Notes: generated from the letters alone by a model not told the origin. A stretch of 64,000 bases of DNA from Eledone cirrhosa (GCA_964016885.1 OZ024751.1:33914001-33978000), one strand, 5' to 3'; positions 45,230 through 60,199 are shown, numbered from the stretch's first letter. Numbers and translations: made by a program.

Positions 45230-45438
45230 TGGTGGTGGTGGTGGTATTGGTGGTGATTGATACTGTGTTGAAACAAAGTATTTCTAAAACTATATCTAGA
45301 AGTGTTGGAAACAATGTGTGACTTCACAAAAGACGTATTTGGAAAGAAATAACTTCTATTTTCATGAATCTCTAATATACATTCAAATAACGCATCTGTA
45401 CTCTTACTTTTGGGATAAACCTCGTTTATATATATATA

Positions 45439-45629
45439 TAACGAAGGAGTTGTGGTAAGGAACCAGATGGACCATAACGCACCAGAGTACTCAATACTTA
45501 GGGTAGTAGAGTGGGTAATAGGAAAAAGTATGACCCGACGGCAGAGCTCAAGCCGTTTCGACGGCTACTTCTGAGTCCAGAAATAGCCGTCGAAACGGCT
45601 TGAGCTCTGCCGTCGTGGTTATACTTGTT

Positions 45630-45633
<4 letters not shown>
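45439..45633 (-). mobile_element. (TA)n-embedded fold-back element, copy 4
   Basis: Reverse complement closely matches 39996-40191. Confidence 0.9.
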
Positions 45634-45665
<32 letters not shown>

Positions 45666-46151
45666 GATATATATACAAACTTACACACACACACACACAC
45701 ACACCACATATATATATATATATATACATATGCCATGCTACCTCTGTCCCTATCATTATGACTCCTTCTCCCCCTCCCTCTCTCTCTCTCTATCTATCTA
45801 TCTATCTCTATCTCACTCTCTGTTACCTTAAGATCAGGAGGTTATAATATATATATATATATCCAGTTCATTCTGAGGGGAAATATAGACACTAGGAAGG
45901 AGAGAGTGTGAGAGAAGGTCACCATAGGAGGAGGAGGGGGGTTTAAGTTACACTCTGCTGATGTTTCTGTTTTCGACCTTCCTTATACCATCTGCAGTTG
46001 GCAGCCTCGCTGTAGACTTTCATAATATAAAGATGCAGCTATACATATATATATGTGTGTGTGTCTGTGTGTGTGTCCGTGTGTTTTATGTGTGATATCT
46101 TCATATAATTCCCCAACAAGCAGCATATATGCATCGGGTTTATATAGTCAC

Positions 46152-46186
<35 letters not shown>

Positions 46187-46920
46187 CACAATGTCTCTAC
46201 ATGGTAATACATATATGTATACAGACTCAGATTCGTGTGTGTGTGTGTATATATTTTTGTGTCTGTTTATGTGTAGAGGACTATAATTATAAGCATCTGT
46301 CTTAGATATTCAACATTTTTGGTAAAGAAGAGAATCATATGAAATCTATTTTATATACAATAAGAATAGTAATGGTATACGTCTTAAACGGTCTCCTTTA
46401 GATTTTACATAAGGTTTATAAAATGGTTTAAAATTAATTTTGATGTGATTTTGGTGGATTGGCAGAATTGGTAGAATGGAATAATGGTAGTGTGGAATAA
46501 AATGTCATTGTGGTATTGTTCTTGAATAAAGAACCATTCAATACTGGGGTTGAATTACCAATTTGACATTCCCCCCAAATTTGGTGACATTTGTCTAAAT
46601 TAAAATGTGTTATTACTACGAAATAAAATAAATATGAACATGGTCTGCATGTCATCTTTTAATACAGGTTGTTTCCCAAAATGTGGGGACAATCCATTCA
46701 AGGTTTCTAAACAGACGCCCTCATTCTAATATCATTCACAAAACTTCGATCAACTCGATACTATGGGAGGTACATCTGTCTGAGATGCCGGCCTGTGTAA
46801 TCGAAACCATAATTTCATGCTTAGGAATCGAACATCTTGTCCCCATGGCCATGCCAGTGTCCGCACTGCTTACTCTAATCCTATATACATAAACTATGTC
46901 TCTCTCTATATATATATATG

Positions 46921-46952
<32 letters not shown>

Positions 46953-46968
46953 TGTATATATATTTAAA

Positions 46969-47040
<72 letters not shown>

Positions 47041-47455
47041 GTCGCAGCTGCAGAGTCAGTCAAACAGTGAAGATCAGATAAAACAATGGAGCAGGGAATC
47101 ACGCCCAGACGTTCAATAAATGACCTCCAATAACATTTAATATGCTCGGTTAGATCTGGAATGGATCTACACAACTACACAAACAACAGCAATAAATTAA
47201 AAGCTAAGCAATGACCTCTGAATTGTTTCAGGAATTTACTAGCATGGATAATGCTTAGCTAAAGGAGTTTTGACCCTTCTTCCTCCTCACTAACAAATCT
47301 GCATTTCACATAAATTTACTTTTATCTCTAAGTCCGCACATCTCCGTACATTTGTTCAGAACGTTCAACACTACATAATTGTTGCTGAAGGCGAATCCCT
47401 TTAAGAAAAATCCTCTCAAGGCATTGCTCACATTTACAATTTTACAGTTCACCTC

Positions 47456-47566
<111 letters not shown>

Positions 47567-47758
47567 ACACTCTCCACACACACACATACGTATACAAACA
47601 AAAACATTCTCATATATATGTATGTCTGTGTGTGTGCGTAAGTATATGTATGTATGCATATATATATATGTAAGTAAATATATATATATATGTATATATA
47701 TGTATATGTAAATATATGTATATATCTATAATATATATATATGCATACATATATATAT

Positions 47759-48070
<312 letters not shown>

Positions 48071-48667
48071 CAGAGGTTTGTTAGAATAAAATATAATTAA
48101 AAATGTATACAACAACCAAAAACCAGAACAGAATTGATTCTAAGATTCTGCCTTTGATCTCTTTCAAGTCCTACATACATACCAAACCGACCCCCCATCA
48201 TACATCACCCCACACCATTTACGTCCCCCATCACCACCTCCACCTACTACTTCAACATCCAGAATTCATTTCCCTTTTTAAGCTTCTTTTCTTTCATTTT
48301 ATTCTATTTTTTGTTTCTTTTTATTTTGAAAAATCCTTGACACAAAATTATCATATTTTCACAATGTTTATCTCATTCCATAATACATAAACATCATCTG
48401 AATTATTATGGTTGTTATTATTATTATTATTATAACGACATCCGCTACTACACTTCCACCACCACCACCACCACAGAAAGATTTTGAAAAAGTAATAATT
48501 TCGAAAAGGTTTGGGGGGAATTTCAGAAAAGAAATGTCCTTGTGTTAAATCCAAAGATGACCGCCGCTGACAACACTAGTGCCAACAACAAACCTTCTTC
48601 GTCATTACCGTCATTACCATTGTCATTGCCTTAATGGTAGCTGGAACATACTACAGCAGCAACGAAC

Positions 48668-49490
48668 GACAGCAAATCCAACAACAATATCAACAGTGGT
48701 AACAACTACTACAGCAGCAACACCACCACAACCACTGACACCAGCACCAACAACAATATCAACAGTGGTAACAACTACTACAGCAGCAACACCACCACAA
48801 CCACTGACACCAGCACCAACAACAATATCAACAGTGGTAACAACTACTACAGCAGCAACACCACCACAACCACTGACACCAGCACCAACAACAATATCAA
48901 CAGTGGTAACAACTACTACAGCAGCAACACCACCACAACCACTGACACCAACACCAACAACAATATCAACAGTGGTAACAACTACTACAGCAGCAACACC
49001 ACCACAACCACTGACAGCAAATCCAACAACAATATCAACAGTGGTAACAACTACTACAGCAGCAACACCACCACAACCACTGACACCAGCACCAACAACA
49101 ATATCAACAGTGGTAACAACTACTACAGCAGCAACACCACCACAACCACTGACACCAGCACCAACAACAATATCAACAGTGGTAACAACTACTACAGCAG
49201 CAACACCACCACAACCACTGACACCAGCACCAACAACAATATCAACAGTGGTAACAACTACTACAGCAGCAACACCACCACAACCACTGACACCAACACC
49301 AACAACAATATCAACAGTGGTAACAACTACTACAGCAGCAACACCACCACAACCACTGACACCAACACCAACAACAATATCAACAGTGGTAACAACTACT
49401 ACAGCAGCAACACCACCACAACCACTGACACCAACACCAACAACAATATCAACAGTGGTAACAACTACTACAGCAGCAACACCACCACAA
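48668..49490. repeat. 69-bp tandem repeat, ~12 near-identical copies
   Basis: caacaacaatatcaacagtggtaacaactactacagcagcaacaccaccacaaccactgacaccagcac. Confidence 0.95.
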
Positions 49491-49691
49491 CAGCACCAAC
49501 AACAATAACAACTATAATATTATGCTCAATGCTAGTTCCTTTGCTAGAGTTGCAAAATAGTTTGACTGTTTCACAGGAAAATATATATAGACACGTGGAT
49601 ATGGCTGGGAAAATCGTGGAGGGCAGGATGACCACATTTGATGTACCACCACAATACATCTAAAAAACTGCCGATAGTACGGTGTTATATT

Positions 49692-50009
49692 AACCAACCA
49701 ACCAACCAAACCACCAGCCAGCCAACCCCTAACCAACCAACCAACCAGCCAACCAACCCCTAACCAACCAACCAACCAGCCAACCAACCAACCAGCCAAC
49801 CAACCAACCCCTAACCAACCAGCCAGCCAACCAACCCCTAACCAACCAACCAACCCCTAACCAACCAGCCAACCAACCAACCAACCAGCCAGCCAACCAA
49901 CCAACCAGCCAACCAACCCCTAACCAACCAACCAACCAAACAGCCCCCTAACCAACCAACCAACCAACCAACCAACAAACCAACCAACCAGCCAACCAAC
50001 CAACCAACC
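49692..50009. repeat. (AACC)n tetranucleotide array with variants
   Basis: Directly visible. Confidence 0.9.
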
Positions 50010-51078
50010 AGTGTGAGAATGATGTCTTTTGTAAATGGTAGAGTTTTGATGCTTGGTGGCGTTTTTTTTCACATTGTTGGTCTTGTTCTTGTTGGTTATA
50101 GTGATGATGATGTTTTGGTGATGGTGTTAGGGATGATGATGATGTTTTGGTGATGGTGGTAGGGATGATGATGATGGTGGTAGTGATGGTGGTAGCGATC
50201 ATGGTGATGGTGGTAGTGATGGTGATAGTGATTGTGGTAGTGATGGTGGTAGTGATGGTGGTAGCGATGGTGATAGTGATGGTGGTAGTGATGGTGGTAG
50301 TGATGGTGATAGTGATGGTGGTAGTGATGGTGATAGTGATGGTGATAGTGATGGTGGTAGTGATGGTGATAGTGATGGTGGTAGTGTTTTTTTTCATTTG
50401 AAGTCGAATACGATATTTACATCGATTTTATATTTACACAAACAGTTGTAATGGGTGGGAGAGGGGATGGATAATAATAGGAGAGAGGTGTGGTGTAAGA
50501 TATAGAGACGAAGGAAGGGGGAGATGGAGAGAGCTGTTGAAAGATAGAGAGATGTGAAGAGAGATGGAGGGGGAGAGAGAGAGAGAGATGGAGAGAGAAA
50601 TAGTTGATTTTATATTATTACACTTTTCACTTTCTTTTTTATGATATCTATTTGTTTTGTTTCCCTTGTTGTTGTTTAACCGCCCTTCCCGAACCGACCC
50701 CTCACCTATCCTTACCTTGTTACGCTGTGCTTTGTAAAAGTGTTGATGTTATGGTTTTTAACCGTGAATATCCCATTTAAATTCCATAAAATGTGTTCAT
50801 TGTTTCGTTTGTTTTATTTGGTTTGTTGTTGGTTTTCGTGTTCCTGTTATGTTTTTGAATAAAGACATTTATAAAGTGTTTGATATATATGTGTGTATTG
50901 TATGTATGTATGCGTATGTATATATATGTATGTATATACACATGTATATATAGATACAGATATTTTAGATTTATATATACACACACACATATATATATAT
51001 ACACACATATATATATATATATACATACATAAACATATGTATACATACATAAACGTACATATGTATACATACATAAAC

Positions 51079-51165
<87 letters not shown>

Positions 51166-51467
51166 TACATATATATGTGTGTGTATATATATATATATAT
51201 GCATGTCTGTACGTATATATTGGCATATTGAAATGTATAAAATGACGATACAGATTGCTCTACACATACTCCGACATATATTTCCATGTAAACAGACACA
51301 CACTCAAACACATATACATACTCACATACATATCCCATACTCAGAACATGTATTTACATAAATATACACGCTCAAAACACACACATAATATACACTTACC
51401 AACATTATTATATATACTCTTTATAATATTATTTAGACCTTTATGTAGATTACTTCTTTTGCTGTTG

Positions 51468-52005
51468 ATAATGATTGTTTATATATTTGACAAAAGCCCA
51501 ACAATTTGAAGGGTGAAGTGGACGCCAGTGCATTACTGGTACTTTATTTTAACGACCCTCTAAAGATGCTAATTCGCCAGCAAATGTGAAGAATTGATTA
51601 AATCAACCCCAGTTTGCTTTATGGTCCCCGAAAAGTGACTTTGATCTCGCCCTGTTTTGAACTCGTACCGCAGAGTGTTAGAACACATGACAACTTGCCG
51701 TAGTTCGAAATAAATCAATATTGGTGGTCAATAGTAAAAACAAAAGTGCCTGGCATCGATTAGTAAAGAATCTTTTGTTTGTACAGAATGGCAGTGTAAA
51801 TTAAGATTTTTTTTCTCTTATCTCGTTTCAGGTATTTTATTATTTATAATGTTATATATTCCGGCTAATTATGTTCTGAGTTCAAATCTCGCTGAGGTTA
51901 AATTTCAGGCTCGATAAAATAAATTTTTATCGAAGACGAAAAAAATGAAAGACAAACTTGTCCTCGGTAGGATTCGAACTCAGAGATCAAAGAGCCGGAA
52001 CGGAT
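51468..52005. mobile_element. Cluster of decayed SINE fragments in both orientations
   Basis: ccagtgcattactggtactttatttt (minus); ctgagttcaaatctcgctgagg (plus); ggattcgaactcag (minus). Confidence 0.7.
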
Positions 52006-52601
52006 ATCACACAGCATCAGTAGAATGTGGTCCAAAATATCTCACTATACAAAGGCACACCATACAGAAGCTATGTGCACTATGTGCAATTAGTGCTTCG
52101 AAACTAAGCTGTTTCGAAATTAAGCGATTTACCCTCGCCACAGAAACTAAATAAATAGTATTTAAATAACAAGTCTCGTAAATTAGTTAACAGCAAAGCA
52201 AGGAAACATTCTCCATTCATATCTCTGGTGAGCTATTTCATTATTCAAAATGTTATCTACGTTCCACTTTATCATATCACACATATCACACACATATATA
52301 CACACATATATACACACACACATATCACACATATTATATACATATATATACATATATATATATACACATACATATATATATATATTATTTCTGCGGGTCT
52401 CCCTATTTCTCAAACTCACTGCTTCTCTAACAACATAGAAGAGATAAGAAGAGATACACAATGTTTTATCATCAGTTACAATGATAAAAATACTTCAAAT
52501 TACTTTCAGTACGCAATCGATGGATATTATTTATACATATACACTCGCAAACAGGCTAATATACATACACGTGGGCATGCATGCGTATATATATATATAT
52601 A

Positions 52602-52963
52602 TATAAAGAAAAAGGGATGAAATCGAAAATGCAACTGAAGTCTTATTTTTTTTTTAAATATATATATTTATTTGGTTCCTTTACCGGTTTCGCAGTTCTT
52701 CTGCTTTTCAAAAGGTGAGTTGAGATGGAGGGTCTGTGGTTTTTCTCACAGATGTGAGAAAAACCACAGACCCTCCATCTCAACTCACCTTTTGAAAAGC
52801 AGAACTGCGAAACCGGTAAAGGAACCAAATAAATATATATATTTTAAAAAAAAATAAGACTTCAGTTGCATTTTCGATTTCATCCCTTTTTCTTTATACT
52901 TCCACTCGTGTAGGACACCTCGGTTATTTTTCATTTTGTAAAAAAAAAAAAAAAAAAAAAAAA
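52602..52963 (+). mobile_element. Near-perfect ~148-bp-arm fold-back plus 3' tail and poly(A), with a degenerate hammerhead in each arm
   Basis: Hairpin 52602-52898 with a 2-nt loop; cctt-tTGAaaA-gcag aa ctgc-GAAA-ccgg-TA-aagg at 52788-52822. Confidence 0.85.
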
Positions 52964-52970
52964 ACCTCAC

Positions 52971-53008
<38 letters not shown>

Positions 53009-53073
53009 GAGGTGAGTTTTATTGTAGTACAATAAAGCAATGCAGATATCGGATAAGAAGCACTCTACAGTTT

Positions 53074-53145
53074 GTAGTTATCTGATGAAAACACAAATGT
53101 TATTGCATGATGATATTTGTTTTTGAAATGCGCATAATAAAATAC
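53074..53145 (+). ncRNA. Hammerhead motif, second copy of the 43736 family
   Basis: gtagttat-CTGATGA-aaacacaaatgttatt..gatgatatttgttttt-GAAA-tgcgca-TA-ataaaatac; shares its tail up to (TA)n. Confidence 0.8.
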
Positions 53146-53229
53146 ATGGAACTCATTTAACCATCTTTTGATCTTATATATTATATATATATATATTCAT
53201 TTTATATACATACACGTGGGCATGCATGC

Positions 53230-53278
<49 letters not shown>

Positions 53279-53425
53279 TTTTAGTTAGACTGCCTAATTA
53301 GCCTTAATAAAATGAATATTTCAACTCTATATCGGTATTGAGTAATCTTTTCTCTCAACCTTCAACCATTTAAGGACATACGTTTGTGTTTCGTTAATTT
53401 TCCTGTATTCACCCATGTATGTATG

Positions 53426-53518
<93 letters not shown>

Positions 53519-54014
53519 GCATGCATAGATGCCTACATATATACACTTACATATACAAATATATAGAAACATACACGACTATAAGTATATAAAATATAAA
53601 TGAGGGGTGAAATAAGAAGGAAGTCAAGCTATATTTGTCTACTGTGACCAACCTAACAGATCAAAACACAGGCGTCTCTATCTATGGTTAATGTCTTTCC
53701 TAGCAGTATTCTGTCATTTAAACCAACTTTGATAAATTTGTCTGACGGATCATACAGCCGAATTCTCTCTCTGTTTACCAACAGAGATAGTGGGTGGAGG
53801 CAGAGAGAGAAAGAGAGATTGAGAAGCATACATATATAAACACATAGTCATACAAACTTACGCACCTACATACATGAATACATACATACTACATACCTAC
53901 GTACGTACGCATCTACATACATACACAGACATACAGATACTCAGACACCCACAAATATATATACAGCCACATACACACACAGATGTGTACACCCACACAC
54001 ACACACACACATAC

Positions 54015-54067
<53 letters not shown>

Positions 54068-54769
54068 GAGATGCATACATAGACACATAAACAAACACAT
54101 ACACAGGTCACTCCTAACTAATCACAGCCAAAATCTCAGCTATCACACACATAAACACACCACACACACACATAGAAACACTCAGACACAGACATATAAA
54201 AACATAGAAAGGCACAGAGAGGGACATAGAGTCAGGGGTCACTCATGAACTTATCTAAAAATATGGTGGGTTTTTTTAGTGACAGTAGAGGTAAAGGGTG
54301 TAGGAAATGATGTTATAATGGTGGTGGTGGTGGTTGTAACCGTCCTGATGGTGGTGGTGGTGGTGGTGGCCGTAGTCCTGATGGTGGTGGTGGTGGTGGT
54401 GGTGGTGGCCGTCCTGATGGTGGTGTTGGTGGTCGTCGTAGTCCCGATGGTGGTGGTTGTGGTGGTGGTGGTCGTCGTCGTTGTCGTAGTCCCGATGGTG
54501 GTGGTGGTGGTATTGATGGTAGTTATGATAATAGTAGAGACGGATGAGGTGTTGTTGGTGGGGGGGGGGGTCTACTTCAATCTTTGTCTTTTACGGTCTG
54601 TAATGGCAATGCCACAAATATTTCATTCTTGTTAAATGTCATTGGTTTCCAATTTGGCATTAAATCTTTAAAAGAATTATATATTGGAAAATCCTGCTTA
54701 TAAGTGTGTGTTATTGTGTGAGTATATGTAAGTTTGAGTCTGCGTGTGCTTTTGTGCTTGCGTCTGTCC

Positions 54770-54860
<91 letters not shown>

Positions 54861-54863
<3 letters not shown>

Positions 54864-55515
54864 GTAGAACACTGGAAGGTAATATCCGTAGTCCATGGGA
54901 CGAGTTAGGTAGAAGTGGTTACACAACAGTTAGTTCACTATACCGAGAACAATTGTTTCACCTTAGCAGATCCTCAGCTCGTAATGGGCATGGTTATACG
55001 GAACAGGAAGGACAACCGTACGAACGCGCATGCGCAGAAACCGGTCACTTCACACAGGCAATGCTAAAATGCGTGCGAGAGGTGTAAGGGAGATAACTGC
55101 GAAAGTCCGAAAAGTTTTTAGTTGATAAGAAAAAATATTGATGTTATTACAATAATTCATTCAATCCGGAGCTTTGTAGTTATGCAATAGGTGTTTCGTG
55201 ACGTGTGGACAACGTGTGAAAAATTCATTTCTCGTGTTTGGGCAATAACTATTGCATTATCTCTTTAGAATATTTATTCGTTTGTCAATACACAGTCGAC
55301 ACGACGGATTTCCCCTGGCGTATGGCTTGGACTTAGTGATGGCTTTCCATTAAATGGAGTAGTCTATACTTGAGTCCTTGAGGGACCATACGTGGCTCGC
55401 GAGTTTCGTGGATGAACGTCTGTCCGGGTACCTAAAGGTCGACTGATGGTTCAGGAAACGTTCCTTAAATCGGCCCTCCGCCATGCCCACATAGGATTTG
55501 ACCTGTGGTTGGAAA
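54861..55515 (-). mobile_element. 3' end of a Penelope-like element: GIY-YIG C-terminal half, 3' UTR, hammerhead, (TA)n junction
   Basis: KSYVGMAEGRFKERFLNHQSTF..TKLASHVWSLK..YSI*WKAI..PY..CRLCIDKRINIL..NTRNEFFTRCPHVTKHLL..* (stop at 55161-55163); two in-frame stops. Confidence 0.85.
54941..54983 (-). ncRNA. Minimal hammerhead ribozyme in the PLE 3' UTR
   Basis: cgag-CTGAGGA-tctgctaaggt-GAAA-caattg-TT-ctcg; palindromic stem III ACAATTGT. Confidence 0.8.
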
Positions 55516-56530
55516 TATTTCATTTGGGGACCTTCTGTATATACACTCACACGCATATATGTCTGTGTGTCATCATCGTACTTCTGCATGTACTCGTGTG
55601 TGTGTGTCAACCCGTGTGTGTGTGCGTCAGCCCGTGTCCGTGTGTGTGATCTCTCTAATTTACAACCACAATTTTCCCCTCCGTATACCCGTCACCATTT
55701 CTACCCTCCATTTATACATAGCCTGATGACGTTAATCGATATCGATAGATGATTTCAGGGTAGGACGACAAATAGCACATGAATACTTAATTCTCCAGCA
55801 TTCCAACAACAACACAACAACAACACCAACAACAACACCAATAATAATAACAATGCTAATATCCAACTTAACATTGACAAATGAAAAATGTAAAATCTCA
55901 TTTTATAATTTTTTATGGAAAGAACCCGTTATTAGGTTGTAGTCAGTTTTAGCACAAAAAATTCAATATTCCCTATTTTCACTTTTTGTTTTTGTTTTGT
56001 GCATGTGTATGTTTTTTTATATAAACTGCCTAAACAGTGCAACATGCATTATGGAAATATTTCATTTTTTGTTGCAAGATTGCAGCAATTTGCATTGCAA
56101 CGAAGCGCACTTGTTTAAAATCTGCCTATTTAATTCTGAAGCATTTAATCTTGATAAATTTAATAATGAGTTAATAGAGCAAAATGCTTTCTCAATAATT
56201 AAGAATTATAATATTTGGTCGTTATTCAAATCCACCCAATCACTTATTTTAAATGTTATCTTTGTTGTTGTATGTTCGATGGCGGTGGCGTTGATTGTAT
56301 CACTTTTGGTGGGAGGGAGGGCTATTAAATAATTAATTGTGGGGGGGGGTATATTCAATGGAACGGAAGGAGTGATCTTTTTGGTGTAAGTAGTTTGGTG
56401 GTGGTGTTCAGGAAGACATATTTTGAAAATGACATCGCTATGGTCATTTCTTGTCAATTATTATAATGGAATGTGTGGGGCACACACACACAATAAACAG
56501 ACGCATGCGTGTTAATATATACATACTTAC

Positions 56531-56703
56531 TCTGGAGTTTCGCCAGTTTATCACAGGGTCATCAGACAACAACTTATCTGATGACCCTGTGATAAACAGG
56601 CGAAACTACAGAATAACAAGACTCACTATTTAGCCTTAATAAAATGAATATTAAAACTCTACTTCGGTATTGAGTACCCTTTTCTCTCTGGCGTCAAGCA
56701 CAT

Positions 56704-56710
<7 letters not shown>
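56531..56710 (+). mobile_element. Fold-back hammerhead element with a tail ending at (TA)n
   Basis: 36-bp arms 56531-56566 / 56577-56612 containing CTGATGA-c cctgt gataa acagg c-GAAA; tail homologous to 53298-53360. Confidence 0.8.
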
Positions 56711-56760
<50 letters not shown>

Positions 56761-56984
56761 GAATAACAAATATGAGTATTGATCTAATGTTTTATATAGA
56801 TGCAAAGTTTCTAAAACACAACAAAAATGAACTTAATTTATAGAAAACATAAATTCCAGTTTATTTAATAAGTAGTTTTTCCGAAATAGTCATAATTATC
56901 TAAATAGTTTTTGCACTAACAGATTTCGCTGAGTAGATTTTCAACAATTCATATTGATTTGTGTTAGATATATATTTGTTTTTC

Positions 56985-57585
56985 ACGTGCTGTTACACGC
57001 CACATCCAACACACACTTGTACTAACATTCCACTTAACTAAGCTACGTGAAGCTGTTCAGAAGTCTCAAACCCAACAAAAATAGAGCACAGACTAGAAGA
57101 GATGAAAGAAATACTCATGAAGCTAATACATCCTCAAGAGTTAATCAACAATAGTAATATAAAAGTTTTTAAATATTTACATATTCAAGTATTCCAAGAA
57201 ACAAAAACAAAAATAGAAAAAGGTCATACCATATATTCCAACTTGTAATCCAAACAACACAAAAATATACTCTTACATACAACTAAACCTCTCTATTATA
57301 CTAAGGAGAACAAAATGAAAGGCCTTATAAAACTAACCAGTTATAAAATGTAGAAGACGGCCATAGTCCCTGCAAAAGATGCCGATAAAAGCAGAGCTAC
57401 AAACCTTAGATCCTGAAGTCAAAAACTGCAGCCGACCTAATTGTGGTGTGTCCAGCTACCTATTATAATGTCCCGAATTTCACGTTACAGAGGGATTTAT
57501 TTTTCATATTAAGAACGATTTCTTATATTAGTCATACAATTAGATATATACTATAAGATTTAAGGTTTGCCATGAACACTACAAA
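56985..57585 (+). pseudogene. Decayed Neptune-type PLE: RT C-terminal region, Cys-rich linker, start of GIY-YIG
   Basis: HPTHTCTNIP..RLEEMKEILMKLIHPQELI..VIPYIPTCNP..KCRRRP*SLQKM..VKNCSRPNCGV..SYN*IYTI..CHEHY. Confidence 0.7.
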
Positions 57586-57830
57586 ATATTACGGAATACT
57601 ACATGTGAGCAGGGACTGAGGGACATGTCATTGATAAGGACACAGAATGAGACGAAGAAAATCTGATGAACGAAGCAGTAAATTCACTAAAAAAATAATT
57701 AGTTACTTGATCATAAAGCAGAAGTGAAATGTAATCCTTAGATGTGAATTATTGGCAGAAAGATACTCAATATTTGTTTCAACGAACGATTTTGTATTAA
57801 AAAATCTGGCAAATCATATATGTAAACGAA

Positions 57831-57861
<31 letters not shown>

Positions 57862-58055
57862 CACACACACAGGGTGATTCCAGTCGTTCAATTACTATCA
57901 GCCACCACCACTACCAACATTACTAACATCATCATAATCACCATCACTTTCATCTCTAGCATCCTTATCATCTTTCCTTTGTCATCACACACAGACACAT
58001 ATATATATATACACAAATACATACATATATTATTGTATGTATATACATATATCTA

Positions 58056-58120
<65 letters not shown>

Positions 58121-59197
58121 GTAGGGTTGGTGGGTGTGCCTAATATTTCGTCCTTGTTCGTATTTTTATCAGGCAAGATACATAATTCGCAGACTAATGT
58201 TTCTGGCACCTACCCAATTTGGTAATCAACTTTTGTCGGGGAAGAAATCAGATTTTACCCCAATATTTTCCATAATAGCCAAATCTCTCCAGGCATTGGC
58301 ACCCCTCAAAGAACGCTCACTCGTTTACCTTTGAACACAGAATATAATAGATAAAAGTTAATAAAATATGTCTGATTGTCTCTCCTTCTCACTACCCTAC
58401 CTCTCTCTCACTCTCTCTCTCTCTCTTCCATTCTCCTTTCTATCTCCGTCTCTATCTCTCTATCCCCTTCTCTACTTCGACCCACCCTATTTTTTATCAA
58501 CCTCTGTTATTTGTATGGAACAGTCTCCATTGTTAGGGGTATTTATCACAAATAGGTGAGGAGGACAGTGTGTGGCTTAGATGTTAAGGTTATGCGTTTC
58601 ACGGCGGTGTGTTGAGCTCTTGAACAAGATACTTCATTTCATATAACTCCAGTTGAAAACAGCAAATATTAGTGTTGCTGTCATTGGTGTCCTTGTTGTA
58701 GCCATACGTTTCTGTTGTTGTTGGTGATGATGATGGTATAGTAATAATGGTGGCGTTATTATTAGTAGCAGTGTTGACGTTGATAATATTGTGATGGTGA
58801 TGATGGTAGTAGTATTACTGGTGGGGATGGTGGTGATGGTAGTGATAGTGGTGTTGGTGGTGATGGTAGTGATAGTGGTGGCGGTGGTGATGGTAGTGAT
58901 AGTGGTGATGTTAGTGATAGTGGTGGGGGTAGTGGTAATGTTAGTGATAGTGGTAGTGGTGGTGATGATGATGATGATGATGCCAGTGTGGCGATTTAAA
59001 TATAATTTGATTAAATAATGAACAATAAATTCCCTCTTTAAGCTTTATGGCAGCAGGGGAGGGGTGGGGTACAAGGAGGAAGAAGACGATTTATCATTAG
59101 ATGAGGGTTTGTGAAGAGATGGAATATAGGAGGGATTATTAATGTTAGATGGAGGGGTGGGGAGAAAGACATGGGCAGTCATTTATGTTTGGGGTGA

Positions 59198-59431
59198 GTT
59201 GTATAGAGGGGCGGGGAGAGGAGATGAAGTTAGAAATGGTGGAGTTGTATAGAGGGGAGAGAGGAGAGGAAGTTAGAAATGGTGGAGTTGTATAGAGTGG
59301 GGAGAGGACGGGAGAGGAAGTTAGAAATGGTGGAGTTGTATAGAGTGGGGAGAGGAGAGGAGAGGAAGTTAGAAATGGTGGAGTTGTATAGAGTGGGGAG
59401 AGGAGAGGAGAGGAAGTTAGAAATGGTGGAG
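59198..59431. repeat. ~48-bp purine-rich tandem repeat
   Basis: gagaggaagttagaaatggtggagttgtatagagtggggagagga x4-5. Confidence 0.9.
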
Positions 59432-59514
59432 ACGGAGAACAGTTTTACATTCGTTTTAGTTTAATTACTTTCAATGAGACATCTGAAATCTTGCTTTAAT
59501 ATATATACACACAC

Positions 59515-59596
<82 letters not shown>

Positions 59597-59692
59597 CACA
59601 CACATACACTAACATACACACATACATGCAAACATATACTAACACACCCATGTGCCATACTTCTTCACAAAGCTCATCTACACATTCACCAC

Positions 59693-59754
<62 letters not shown>

Positions 59755-60199
59755 TGTCCGAGAACCCATGTGATGTAGAATCCATTACAGGAAGAAGACT
59801 GTACAGCTATAATGGAAGGATCTGGATGTAAATAGGAGGAGGGGGAGGTTACGGATTATAGATTTATCATCAATTATATATTAATATAGAAGGAGAGGAG
59901 GGGGCTATTGGCGATAGTTCCACGTGGTAGTGGTGAGGGTGTTAGTTGGTGGAGTTGAAGGGGGTTGTGGTGTTTTTAATGGTGTTAGGTGGCTATGTTC
60001 AACAATATCACGTTGTTGTCTTTGTCGTTTAACCCTAGGCCGGATCTTTTCAAGAGCGATCATGGCACAGATTGTTTACGTCATAGCCGTTCAATATTTG
60101 ATTATTCACACAATTTATATCTAGGAATACACACAATATACACACCTATATATATACACACACACATAAACATACACATGCACACGAGCCACTATACTC

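Noticed and set aside
49692-50009. Interstitial telomere (CCCTAA)
   Set aside because: Isolated variants inside an (AACC)n array, never tandem
58260-58320. Tc1 transposase remnant (DLAIMENI)
   Set aside because: Too short, with no supporting motifs or clear TIRs
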